DNA of 64,000 nucleotides from Paecilomyces variotii (Eukaryota): NCBI GenBank assembly GCA_004022145.1, contig RCNU01000002.1; one strand, 5' to 3'. Shown piece by piece: positions 26,871 to 37,889 of this stretch (position 1 is its first letter; each line of letters starts with the position of its first letter). The notes under the pieces were generated by a model. It saw only the letters and a program-made list of their open reading frames with translations, ran no database searches and was not told where the DNA came from. The position numbers and the translations under genes were made by a program.

Positions 26871-27166
26871 CAGGTGGGCACTTTAGAAGAGGGAAAAGAA
26901 AAATGGGGAAGAGGGACAAGAGCCTTTATGGTCTGCTTGTTTCTTTTATCACTCCTGGTATGCCCCCTCCCGAACATCTAGAGGAACTAAAGGATACCGA
27001 AATCTATCAGCTATCTAGATTCCTTAGCTCCATCCCAATATTGCAGCTGCCCTGGAGCTGAGCTGAACCCCTAATCAAACCGTTACACGGCGTTACTCAC
27101 GTCTTCTTTGATCCCATACAGGGGGATCAAGGTAGCTTCCCGTTGCAGTTGCTACCCGGTTCGTAT

Positions 27167-27198
27167 AGGATACGAGCAGCGGAGGATACGAGCAGCGG
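27167..27198. repeat. 16-bp perfect tandem duplication AGGATACGAGCAGCGG x2 in the shared divergent promoter
   Basis: Direct reading. Confidence 0.85.
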
Positions 27199-27483
27199 AT
27201 TGCAACATGTTCACTGCTCGCCCCTGCAGGAACCGTGAGAGGTGACACTGGGTGACTCGTGATACTGTACATACAGTAGTGTGCTCCGAGCTGATGAAAG
27301 AGAACATCTTCCGCGACTTGGAGCGAGATGTCGGATAAGGGTAATCGTGGGATAGACAGTCATACTCCCTCCTGGCCCTTCTCTGCATATATGTTGTCTT
27401 GACTGCAGTCTGTCCTTCGTTTGGAAATCGGAGCGTATAGCTCGCTCGCTTCCTCGCTCCCTCTTTACTATCCCTCACATACA

Positions 27484-27531
27484 GAAGAAGAAGAAGAAGA
27501 AGAAGAAGAAGAAGAAGAAGAAGAAGAAGAA
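27484..27531 (+). repeat. (GAA)16 microsatellite directly before the ATG at 27533
   Basis: Direct reading. Confidence 0.95.
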
Positions 27532-27532
27532 G

Positions 27533-28765
27533 ATGCTCTGGACTCGTCTCCTGCTCAGCGGCCTCGCCTTGGCCTCGGGCCTGGTCGACGCCCGTGCCAT
27601 TGTCGAGAAACTGGGCTTCGACTTCACGCCCAACCTTCTCGCGCGAGAGTAAGACCTCCATATCCTTGTTCTCGCAGTGTCTGAACGAGATTGCAGATTC
27701 CTGAATATCACGTCTCCTCTGAAGCCGTTGGAATCCAGCGGCATCACCAGCAACCCGCGCTGCAACCCACCATGCGGTGCTTGCGGCAGCTCCTGCTCGA
27801 TCTCGTCAGCCTTCAAGAAGCGGAGCCTGGTTGATGCGGTGGTCTCCAACACCACCTCAGCACCAGAGACGACAAACAGATTGGTCAAGCGTGTGCTCCC
27901 GAACGTCCAGCAAGAGGAAATCGGCAGATACCTAACACGGGCTATCTCACGCCTCAAGAACCCGTACAGGCACAGGAACACCAACCAGATCAGTCTTGCA
28001 TATGCCAGTGCGTATCCTGGGAGAATTGAACAGAAAGAGATGAGACGCTGACTGAAAGGGGAAAAAATAGCCAACGGTGACGATTATACCTATGGCGTAG
28101 AGAAAGAGTTTTCCGACTACACGGAAAGCGATGTCCTCAACATCGGTTCGGAACAGCTCACCGGCTGCACGGTGATCACGCTCGTCTCAAGAGAGGCAGT
28201 GTACATGGTCTGTCCCAAAATGTCCGCCTTTCCGTTCCTTTCTCTCTCTAACAGGCTCTGCAAGGCGCACATCTGGGAGACTTTGGCTTTCATTCCCAAC
28301 TGGAAGAAAGACCCCAATGACAGTGACATCGATGAGGATGCCGCCTTTGAGGAGAACTGCATCAACCTTCTCACCAAGAAGAGGAACAGATGGAAGGCCA
28401 AAGGCACGCCTATCACGCCGGAACTGTACGCAGGTAAGACTCCGTACCTGTTCATCATGACCCCGCGCGCGGATCCGGATCTGGACGACGCCGGCAATGC
28501 GCAGGTTCCCTCCTTCGATCAGCAGCGGTACCCGGGACGCATTGCCACCATCGTGAGCACCATCAGAGATCGGCTGGGCGAACAACCAACCGTAGTTTTC
28601 TACAATTATCTGCCGCCGGAGGAGGAGGACGACCCCGCCGAGACCTCGTACCAGGGGAAGGTGCTGTTTGAGTTGGATGCCAACGCAGATGGTAACGGCC
28701 GGGCCAACTTCCGCCTCTGGTACGAGGAGGCCACGGAGAACGGATGGGATCTAGGGCTGATGTGA
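27533..28765 (+). CDS. secreted preproprotein with putative CNF1/CheD-like deamidase domain (~354 aa, 4 exons)
   Basis: Signal MLWTRLLLSGLALASGLVDA; Cys cluster CNPPCGACGSSC; dibasic KKR/VKR sites; introns 27649-27696, 28008-28070, 28208-28264 give IGSEQLTGCTVITLVSREAVYMAHIWE. Confidence 0.75.
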
Positions 28766-28906
28766 TCGCGGCGAGGAGAGCAAGCATGAGGGCCATCCCG
28801 AAATGTACTGGACGTTTCAATAGAAGGATGCTGTAGCGTTATTCTGCATGCCAGCATTTAGTTACGCTGAATATCGCTGCCGCTAAGGCTTAAGTTAGTT
28901 CTCAGG

Positions 28907-29109
28907 GGCATCTGACATGTTCTGCATCCGCAACCGTCGTTTCCACCTGATGGCCTGTATTATCGGTTAATACATTCTATACGTGTCTATTAAGTCGTAG
29001 ACTTGAAACGCAGTAGCTTTTTATGATGCTTTTTTATTGGTAAATGCCCGGTGCACCATATGTACAGTATTTCCATCCTTGATACCTTCTTATAACAAGA
29101 AGAATAGAG
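28907..29109. repeat. ~200-bp diverged direct repeat, copy 2
   Basis: Matches 21378-21583. Confidence 0.9.
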
Positions 29110-29496
29110 GGGGAAATCGGGACCTACAGTCTTCAATCCATCCTAAATGTTAAAGAGAAATACTCTGTATTAAGCTAAATCCCTTCTATTTTATTTGATT
29201 AATCGTATACAGTTGTCTTGAGCTGACTGGTAGAAAACTTGAAGCAAAAATGTAGAGTAGAGGTAGCATTCATCATCTGCCAAATGACTGCCAGAGAGGA
29301 CCACACACGTGCCAGAATCTTGAGAGAGGTATTATTATTGTAACACAAATCAAATATCGCTCAGTCAAATTTTGGGGGTCCTAGGCATCTCACCTCTAAC
29401 TATTTGTTCTGCCCGGGCCACAAAGGCTAGACGCAGTACAAGCAACGGAGCTCTTCATCTTACTCTATGCTTTTCCCCTCCTCCACAGTCGCAGCC

Positions 29497-30876
29497 ATGT
29501 CGCCATCTCCCTTCGAGACACTGGCTATTGAGCTGGTCGAGCTCATCGTCGCGCACCTGGACTGTAGTGACATCGCTGCCCTACGCCTGACGTGCCACCG
29601 CGTCAAGATCATCGTATCTCAGGGACGGTTCACCATCTTCTTCAAACAGCGCAACGTCCTTCTGGAAACGCGCGCCCTGCAGGACCTGGCAGACGGCACG
29701 AGCCAGGGCCACCTGATATGTCGGCTGCGAGATTGCACCTTTACAGGCGTCCTTGATGAGACTAAGAATACTGATACTGAGGCGGCCGCGGAGGAAGACC
29801 ACAGGCGCCTTCTGACTGAAGCTTTCTGCAATATCAAGCAGCGCTCGCCTGCGGGCTGCCTGGCGACAGTACGACTGCGCCTGGTCGTGCGTCTGGCCGA
29901 TGGCGCGCTGGCAGCGCCTGAAGACTGCCGATACGCTGCGGGAGGTCTCTGGATGCGCATCTGGGATACAGCGCAGCGCACATTCCGTGTCGTGATGGCA
30001 GCGTTGAAGGCGACACAGCTCGCAGTCGACTGTGAGTTGGATTTGTTCCACGGCCACACACATTGCTCCTTGACGAGTGACATCTTTGTGGCCAGTGTGA
30101 CCACGTTCCCATGGACGGCCATCTTCGGGTCTCTTAAAAAGCTGAAGCTGAACATATCGTCGCCGCACCGCGCCTCCACAACAACAGCGTCGTTGGCCAC
30201 AGACGACCTCGATGATGAATCGACTACGACCGACAGCGACGAGGCTGCTGGTCGACAGACGGAAGCGCCCGGTGCGCCGCTGAAGGAGACGGAGCGCCGC
30301 GCTTGCACCCAAGTTCTGTTCCAAGGCGTGCTGCAACTGCGGTCCCTCTTGTCCGAGCTCGAGACGGTCGATCTGTTTTGGTATCTCGTGGGACGACGAC
30401 GAATGGCCGAATCTACCTTATTGCAGCCGCCCGCCGATGATACAGAACCTGACACAGGTGGCCCTCTACGTCTAAAAGAGTGCTGGCTAAGGGGGCTGGT
30501 TGTAGCTGAGGCCGACCTTCTCCGCTTTCTACAACGCACCCAGCCCGTAGCGTTGACATTGATTCACATCACGCTGAATCCGGGGACGTACGATGCTATA
30601 TTCGATTTTCTGACCGATCCGGAAACCCTCATATCATCCTATCATCTGGACGACCTGTTTGAGAAAAACTGGGTCAAGACCGTGCATTTTGAGATTCCGG
30701 GGAGTCCCAAGTTTGCCTATCGCCGGGGTGGCGGCACGCCGAGCACGCTGTCGCGCCAGGGCGAAGACATCAAGATCCCCATCCGCTACCACCTACCCAT
30801 CCATCTAGCAAAAGGGTCGGGGGACCATATGCGCTGGAGACAAGAGAGCAGGAGAGTTTATGGCCCTCCTTGTTGA
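29497..30876 (+). CDS. F-box-like domain protein, single exon
   Basis: N-terminal SPFETLAIELVELIVAHLDCSDIAALRLTC F-box pattern; LxxLxL-type segments downstream. Confidence 0.75.
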   Translation: MSPSPFETLAIELVELIVAHLDCSDIAALRLTCHRVKIIVSQGRFTIFFKQRNVLLETRALQDLADGTSQGHLICRLRDCTFTGVLDETKNTDTEAAAEEDHRRLLTEAFCNIKQRSPAGCLATVRLRLVVRLADGALAAPEDCRYAAGGLWMRIWDTAQRTFRVVMAALKATQLAVDCELDLFHGHTHCSLTSDIFVASVTTFPWTAIFGSLKKLKLNISSPHRASTTTASLATDDLDDESTTTDSDEAAGRQTEAPGAPLKETERRACTQVLFQGVLQLRSLLSELETVDLFWYLVGRRRMAESTLLQPPADDTEPDTGGPLRLKECWLRGLVVAEADLLRFLQRTQPVALTLIHITLNPGTYDAIFDFLTDPETLISSYHLDDLFEKNWVKTVHFEIPGSPKFAYRRGGGTPSTLSRQGEDIKIPIRYHLPIHLAKGSGDHMRWRQESRRVYGPPC

Positions 30877-32832
30877 CACAATGGTATGTCTTTCTTCGAG
30901 TAAAGCTATATTCGGTTTCATACTGACTCAGTCCCAGGCGGCTTTGCCGTTGTGCCTCTAGACGAATGTTGCGGAGCTGATGAACCCCCCAGTAAGTAGG
31001 AGATAAATATGGCGTCAGCTGCCGCTTAAATCTACTATCAAGCGACCAACCTAGCTACCTACTAGCTAAGAGGTTCAAATCATACTATTGTTTTTATGCC
31101 TTTTAGGTTTCGACATATGTTTATAATGGCACAGGATATACTTATAATAATAGAACTGTGTTTTAAGGTATATCTGTCACCGAACTAGGAAGGAGCGGGT
31201 AGGCAGGAGCGGCCGTAGGTACCTACCTACCGTGTCCCTTCAAAAAGATTCCGGTATTCCTTGTTGATGGAAGCGGTTAATATGTTGGATTTGCTTCGAC
31301 TCTGAAAGGTAGCACAACAGATAATTCGGAATCCCAGGCTCAGAGTTGCATGGAACGTAACCTATGTCGCTTATTGTCAAAGGAGGGGCAATGCTGATTC
31401 AAAAATAGGAACCAGCAGACACTAACATGGTATCCAGTTGGCTCTTTCTCACATCCATGCAATCTGCCTGCTGTGCCGCAAACCATCGAGTCTAGCGAAT
31501 GTCCATCTATGGCAACCCTTGGGCTCGAACTAGAGCATTCCGCCGGCGATTAGAGATATCAGTCATTGGTTCTCCCAACACCTTGTCCCCATAGATTTGC
31601 GCCTGGCAGATACAACTCAGCCTCCCAGCTAGCAGTGCCGCAACGTTGGATGTGTGAAAATAGCCCCTGGTTCACGCAAGTCGCTTATCTCACATGGCTT
31701 GGTTCTGTTGCCAACATCAAGCCTTGAACGTGGCCAATTATTGATGCTCGAGGTCGCCTCGAAAGCGGGTAAAATATAGCTTCCAACATTATTTACAAAC
31801 GGCGTCTTATTTTGGGCCCTTGAGCATGATGCGCTTTGTAGGTGTCAACCACGCCAGGCGGAATTTAGCCCTTGCAATCATACTCGATTGGTCAATCTTC
31901 TCCTGTTGAGAGTGCAAAAAGTACTAGATCTGCTGGCGCTTGAACAGTCCTGGCGTACTCTTTGTGCTACATGACGGCCCACCCTCTAAAAGTACGCGTC
32001 TGCCAACACTCCAGCATAGCGACCATCTGACAGGCCTTGGTATGCGAAAATGGGCAATCGATAACCTTGTTTGAGTTTGTTTCCTGCAGTGTAAGTTGGC
32101 CATATAGGCTGGAAGGCATGTCAGTATCTCGACTCCTGGGCTGGTCGTCGTTGTAAAGGGATTTCTTTGGATGAAACTGGCAGGGAATGCATACCCCAGT
32201 GGTCCTGTAGAGGCCATTGCATGTAGGGGAGCTGTTTGATATGCAACAATCCAGTGCACACCTGCCTGGGGTAGCCTGGATCAGCTGCTTGAGTTGGTAT
32301 GCGGCCTTCCCTGATGACCTTGAAGGGTCAGGGCCCGGTCTTTCATATAACAAGAACTGTTAGACGCCCAAGAAATGTCGTCTTCTTCAGTCAATACTCT
32401 CTTTTATTGACTGCTCTCCGCTTCTTACATGTGTCTGTTAGAACTAGTACGATCAACAGAGCGACTTTGAATAGTTCTTGCTCGGGCCGTACTAGTACAG
32501 CCTGTCTCCAGATATAGTATGGATACCTGGTTAGGTCTCCCTGCATCCTTCTTGAAGTAATGTAGCTAACTCATACTTACTCTCATCCAGGTAGCAGGCA
32601 CATCCTATATATTCGCTGTCACATTGTCGTATGCATCCGCATCTTGGACCAGTCATTCTTTCGATCTCTATTCATAACTGCGGACTTTCCGTTACACCTG
32701 AACACAACTCATCTCTCGACAAGTCATTCCGGTTGCTATATACAAATTGATGCAGGCCATTCGTGGCAGGCTGTTTTTTCGACGTGCCTCGGCGCTATAG
32801 CCTGCAGCCAAGGTCTCCTCTGGGTGGTCACG

Positions 32833-33678
32833 ATGGGTTTCCTGAAGAGATTCGGGAAGACGAGGAATCTTCTTTCCCGCTTTCATTCGAGATTTGGGGA
32901 CATCTCCATAACAGCTCCTAACTGCGGCTCTTGGAATCAGCGACCCTCTTCGGATACTGACGGGTTTTCTCAGCTGGACATCATATCTTCAGCAGACGGC
33001 CGTCCGATCCTAAGACATCCCAGTAAACCAAAGAAGAATCCGAGATCCAGCTTAATTGCTAGATTATGCTTGCGTGATCCCGGATTTCAGGAATCTTCGT
33101 CAGACCTTACAGCAGCTAGGCCCACTGAACAGCATCGCAGATGGCCTGGACCTCACTCTCGAGAGAGACAGAGGTCAAATGATGGGACACATCAAGACGG
33201 AAGTGACAGTTCCCTACCTGACAGGAGAGAAGGGAATAGATCCAGATGCTCGCGACCCATTACCCCAGCCAGTCACTTTAGAGATGACATCCCACCATCT
33301 CGAAATCGGAGCTCGTCGGGGCGTAGCGCGACCACTGAGAGAAAGGTAGAAGTGATGGGATCACCGGAGGAAGAACTGCCGCGCCGTCCACCGCTATCGA
33401 TCACGTCCCGAATGCGCTCTGCCGCTTCATCGAATGCCTCGACGGCGCCAACTGTGTCATCCAGACAAACTACACAGTCATCAGCTATGTCCATGGGCTC
33501 CAACCGTACCAGCCCGGCAATGTCATCGACTTCCACGGGGTCGGTTTATCCTCAGACTCCAAAACTCATGAAGATCGCTTATAACCCTTCGTTTCACACA
33601 AAATGTTCCCGTCGTGAGAAACGGGAGAGAAAGACTGAAAAAGAACTAGTTCCCTCCTATGATGAGCTTTATGGTTGA
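32833..33678 (+). CDS. hypothetical Ser/Arg-rich protein with HSRFGDISITAP..SW motif, ending DELYG
   Basis: ATG 32833 in ORF 32644; motif shared with the 6200 and 35641 ORFs. Confidence 0.7.
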   Translation: MGFLKRFGKTRNLLSRFHSRFGDISITAPNCGSWNQRPSSDTDGFSQLDIISSADGRPILRHPSKPKKNPRSSLIARLCLRDPGFQESSSDLTAARPTEQHRRWPGPHSRERQRSNDGTHQDGSDSSLPDRREGNRSRCSRPITPASHFRDDIPPSRNRSSSGRSATTERKVEVMGSPEEELPRRPPLSITSRMRSAASSNASTAPTVSSRQTTQSSAMSMGSNRTSPAMSSTSTGSVYPQTPKLMKIAYNPSFHTKCSRREKRERKTEKELVPSYDELYG

Positions 33679-34994
33679 GGGGATGAGTTTTCTAGATGCG
33701 ATGTTAGTGACAGACATGTTTCGCATATTCAATTTTCTTTTTCTTTTTCACTATGGTCGATGGTTTCGACAAGACAAGTGATATGCTTATTTTGTCATTA
33801 TAGCAGAGTTCTCTAGTCATTTCCCTGTACCACTTGGCGCCTAATTAGGTGTCATAGCTGGCGTTAAAGGCGTGTATTGTCATGTTAGTCCTAACTATTG
33901 CAAAGTGTTTTGAGTTACGTTTCAACAGCCACTGGTCCAATGAACCAGTGGGACAAGTAGGTACTTAATATCTCCCACCGAGGTCAAGTACAAAGATGAT
34001 ATTGTTAGTTTCGGAAATTCGGTTCTTAGTCCGCTGGTATTACTACGATTTTCGTGTGTCAATCATGTACATACTCTGAGAGCAAACCATCTTTATCTCT
34101 GATAGTTTTTGATATGACACTACGCCTACGGCTCCTATGATGACGTATAGTTAAACAAGCGACTATATTTCCAGCCCCATAATTGATATATGCCATTTCA
34201 ATTTAGAACCGAGTATCCTTACAAACAGAGGGTATTATCAAGTGCACGCGATGCGCTTCTGACCTATCTCATGGAAAAACGCCCGAACCATTCTGCCCCC
34301 ACCAATAGCCACGGGGAAATGCGCAGCGCGTTCTAAGATCGCCAAACTAACTAGTGTCCTGTTCAATTTTTGCTGGTCACACAGCCTGGCCTTGATTTTG
34401 GCCATTCGGGGGCGGGGAACGAATAAACGATGCTTGTTTACCTAGCGTCCGTGCCAATGCAACGCATATCACAGTCACAATGAACATTCTCTACTATGAT
34501 TTGTCCGTACTTTTGATCCCAAGCGAGCACTGCCCAAATTCGGCCTGCCACTGGTCGAGATCTGGAGAGAAAGGTTGAAATAATACTTGCTTAGAGCAGA
34601 TCCAGTCACAACTCTTTCTGTCCATCTCGACCAGCGAGAATGCGTCGCTGGAGGTCGCATGGACCCGACGCGAGCTTGGTGTGAATAATCCCCCCTCACA
34701 ACACCCCCGACAGGACTTATTTTTCCATTGTCCGTATGGCGTGTGCTTAGCCATGCATCAAAGCGAGTACCTTGTCATGTTGAGAACTTGTGGTGACGAT
34801 CCGGATATCGGCGCACACCCATTCCTCTCTTCATATATCGGCCAGTGCTCTTCTTAGCTCCGTATCTCTTCTTCGCTGTAGAAACTGTCTCTATATCATC
34901 AGTCTGGCCTGTTCCTATGCTGTAGACCTCTATACACAGTCAGGGACTGTGTCCGGCTTCACGCACTGCCTCTCTCAGTTAGGAGGGCGGAACG

Positions 34995-36249
34995 ATGTTC
35001 AGCGAACAGCTGCCCCGCGCAGCTTTTCTCTTGTCGTTATCGTTGCTATGTCTTTCTTCAGTCAGCGACGGGCTACGAGTCACCAATGGCTCACCATGTA
35101 CGAGCGTCTGTAACAAAAGCTCGACGAATACCACTCTCAATGAGATTGTCTGCCTCGACCAGCAGTTCAACACCACTTCTGTTGGGGAAGCTTTCAAAGA
35201 CTGTATCGAATGCGAATTGGCAAGTACTTATGCGGATGATGAATCCGGCGAAACAGACGTCTCATGGGGTCTATGTACGTCAAACCATCGCGTCCTAGAA
35301 GGATTCGAGGAGGCTGGAAGGAAAATAGTGAATATTGACAAGAGGATTCAGACAATCTCCGTTATGCGTTCTCGACCTGTGTCTTCGGCTACCCTGGTTC
35401 AGTAACAAACGTATCGACGCCGTGTATAGTCTCATGCCAGGGTCTCTCTTCAGCGATCGAACTCGATCTGACGTCGCCGGACAGCACCACTTTTGATGCT
35501 TTCTGTGGGGTCACCACCTTTGGAGATAATACGGTGGATCAATGCGAATTCTGTTACGGGCTAACCGACAATCAAATTCTTATGGCCAACTGTACGCTAT
35601 TGACCTTCTCTGATGTCGGTTTGTTAGATCGATGGGCTAATTGCGGACAGTCATCGAGTCGGTACGGTATGGTTGCCGGTTCAGGACAGTGTCTGGAACC
35701 GCATTCGCGATCAATCCAACCAGAATCTTTAACGAATCGGTTCTTCCATCAGCAACAGCGCCAATAACGACTTCAACCGCATCGTCGTCTCACACTATCA
35801 AGAATTTAACTCTCGTCATCGTCCTCCCTATCGTCGGGTTCCTTATACTCCTCTGCTTGACATGTATATCCTGCTTCTTTCTCATCCGTCACCGTCGGAA
35901 GAAGGCCAAAGCTCGAGGTCAATCGCAACATTTGCACGCGCGATGGAACGACACGACGATCAGTACGCCTGGCCAGCGGCGCAGCTGGAATGAGCCAACA
36001 CCCTATCCGAATATGCGCACTTCGCCTGGTTATGGTCCTGGATTCGGGTTCGCTGATTATAACGGCCAACGGCAAGATGTCGGGTTCTCTGCCAAAGACG
36101 GGAGTGTTCAGTATGCATCACCGGTCTCACCAGCTCTTTCGGTACCTTCTCAGCTCTATCACTACGGAGCCAATCATCCCATGTCTTCGGAAGCGACATA
36201 TTTCCCGCCTCCAATGAACCACCATCAGGAACAGCCCACGTCTCTCTGA
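34995..36249 (+). CDS. secreted Cys-rich single-pass membrane protein, 3 exons
   Basis: Signal peptide; LRVTNGSPCTSVC..EIVCLD..CIEC..YNLRYAFSTCVFGYP ectodomain; TM then RHRRKK; introns 35275-35351 and 35592-35650. Confidence 0.82.
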
Positions 36250-37889
36250 TACCATACCTCTTCTGTTTCTATGGAAAAGCGGTTTTAGACCCTTCGATGG
36301 TACGATACTTTGAAGCCGGTATTCAGTATGTCACCTCGGGGTGAAGACAGAATGACATGTGCACGACACGGCCCGGAGCCTGTGCTGCATGTCTGGTCCT
36401 TTTAGAACTATAAGCCAGGTCACTTTTTACCTTCAAAGAGCTCTCTGAGAGAAAGTGGACTTATCTGTCTTACACCAGTCTTTTTCCTTAACTCCAACAC
36501 TTACTCTTTTAATAATCTTTCACGTGAACATGATACCCAAAGGACCATTCACTCCTTCTTTTGTCAGGTGGATTTCTTCGGCGGTTGGGGCTAATCATCT
36601 CATGCGGTTCATTGCGGGTATCGGTACTGGGAGTTTCTTTTGGTCAGATAATCAAGGTGTAAATAGGTGACATCCACATTGGTATACTCATGATTAATAG
36701 CGGCCCTCGATCGCATATACGATCATACGCAACGGGGTGCATTTTTCCACAAAGGCAAACCACCGCGTTTTAGATGGATGGAAAACGCAAATCAGGAAGA
36801 AAATAGTAAAAGAACAGAGGTAGACGGGTATTTAAGACTTCCATCTTCCAATACTTATTATTTTAAATAAACCTCGAGACTCGCACAGCTAAAGTTTACT
36901 CGTCTCCTCGTATCTTATAACCATTCTCTAAACCACCCGTATCCAATAATGTCTATGAAGGGCCCTTGAAATGTCTAAGATATCATGTTTCTATTTCCGA
37001 AAATAGGCATTCGATAGCCAATCTGCAGTGATGTCTTCAAGCAGGCGCAACCAGCCGTCTTGGCTGTTTGGTAGCTTCGACGTTCACAGCAGCTATGAGA
37101 AAACGATTGGTGGTTCTTAGCGCTGAGGATTTCCGGGTAATACGATCACTTGGAGGGGTCATCGTAATGGGGGCGGTGCTGGAAGTTGTTTGTAGGGCTT
37201 GCGCCGAGGCCTGTGTTTAATTAAGGTACTGGGACACGGGCAATACAGTGGACTCGATGGAGAAAATGATTAGTTCTGATTTGTGTACGCCACCGTGGAC
37301 CTTGAATTTGTATCCAGTGTGAGGAGGTAAGTTCTAAGTAGTGGTCTCAGTTCTAGACTCAAGTTCAATCCAAACCTTCGGTTACTATCAATAGAATGTC
37401 GCGCGGAAGGTGAATAGGAATCGCCTGCTGGTTCCCTAAGGCCAAAAAAACAATATTTGAGTGTTTTGGTGTTATTCACTATCATCTCCCAAGAGGCAAG
37501 AAATTTTCCAGTGTGGGAGAGATATTCTTTTGGTTTAGTCGCCTGAAGTCGGCCTTACAGTAAAATTAGTCATAATGAGTCTATCTTTTCTCTAGTTGCG
37601 TTAAAGTTTCAGTCCCTTAGACACGTATCTTGATTGGCTACTGCATAGAAAAGATTCAATACCTGAATCTGAAGACTTAGTTCGCTAGGGTCTAAGAGCA
37701 GCTTTGCAATTTATAAATAGCTTATCATTTCTCAGTTTTGTCAATCTACTTTTGCCTGCCGTCCATAAGCTCACAAGGTTTGAAAGATTGCCTTCATTGT
37801 TCACATTCTTTGTACGGACGGGGTCAATCCGCGCCTTGGCACCGTTTATGCTCGATCCGACATCAAGAGAACAGCATCCAGCGCAGCCA

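Noticed and set aside
27152..28074. Poly-Leu/poly-Phe/poly-Glu ORFs
   Set aside because: Artefacts of translating the (GAA)16 tract
19700..31200. Starship giant transposon carrying the island
   Set aside because: No tyrosine-recombinase captain ORF or identifiable terminal repeats/target duplication visible in the window
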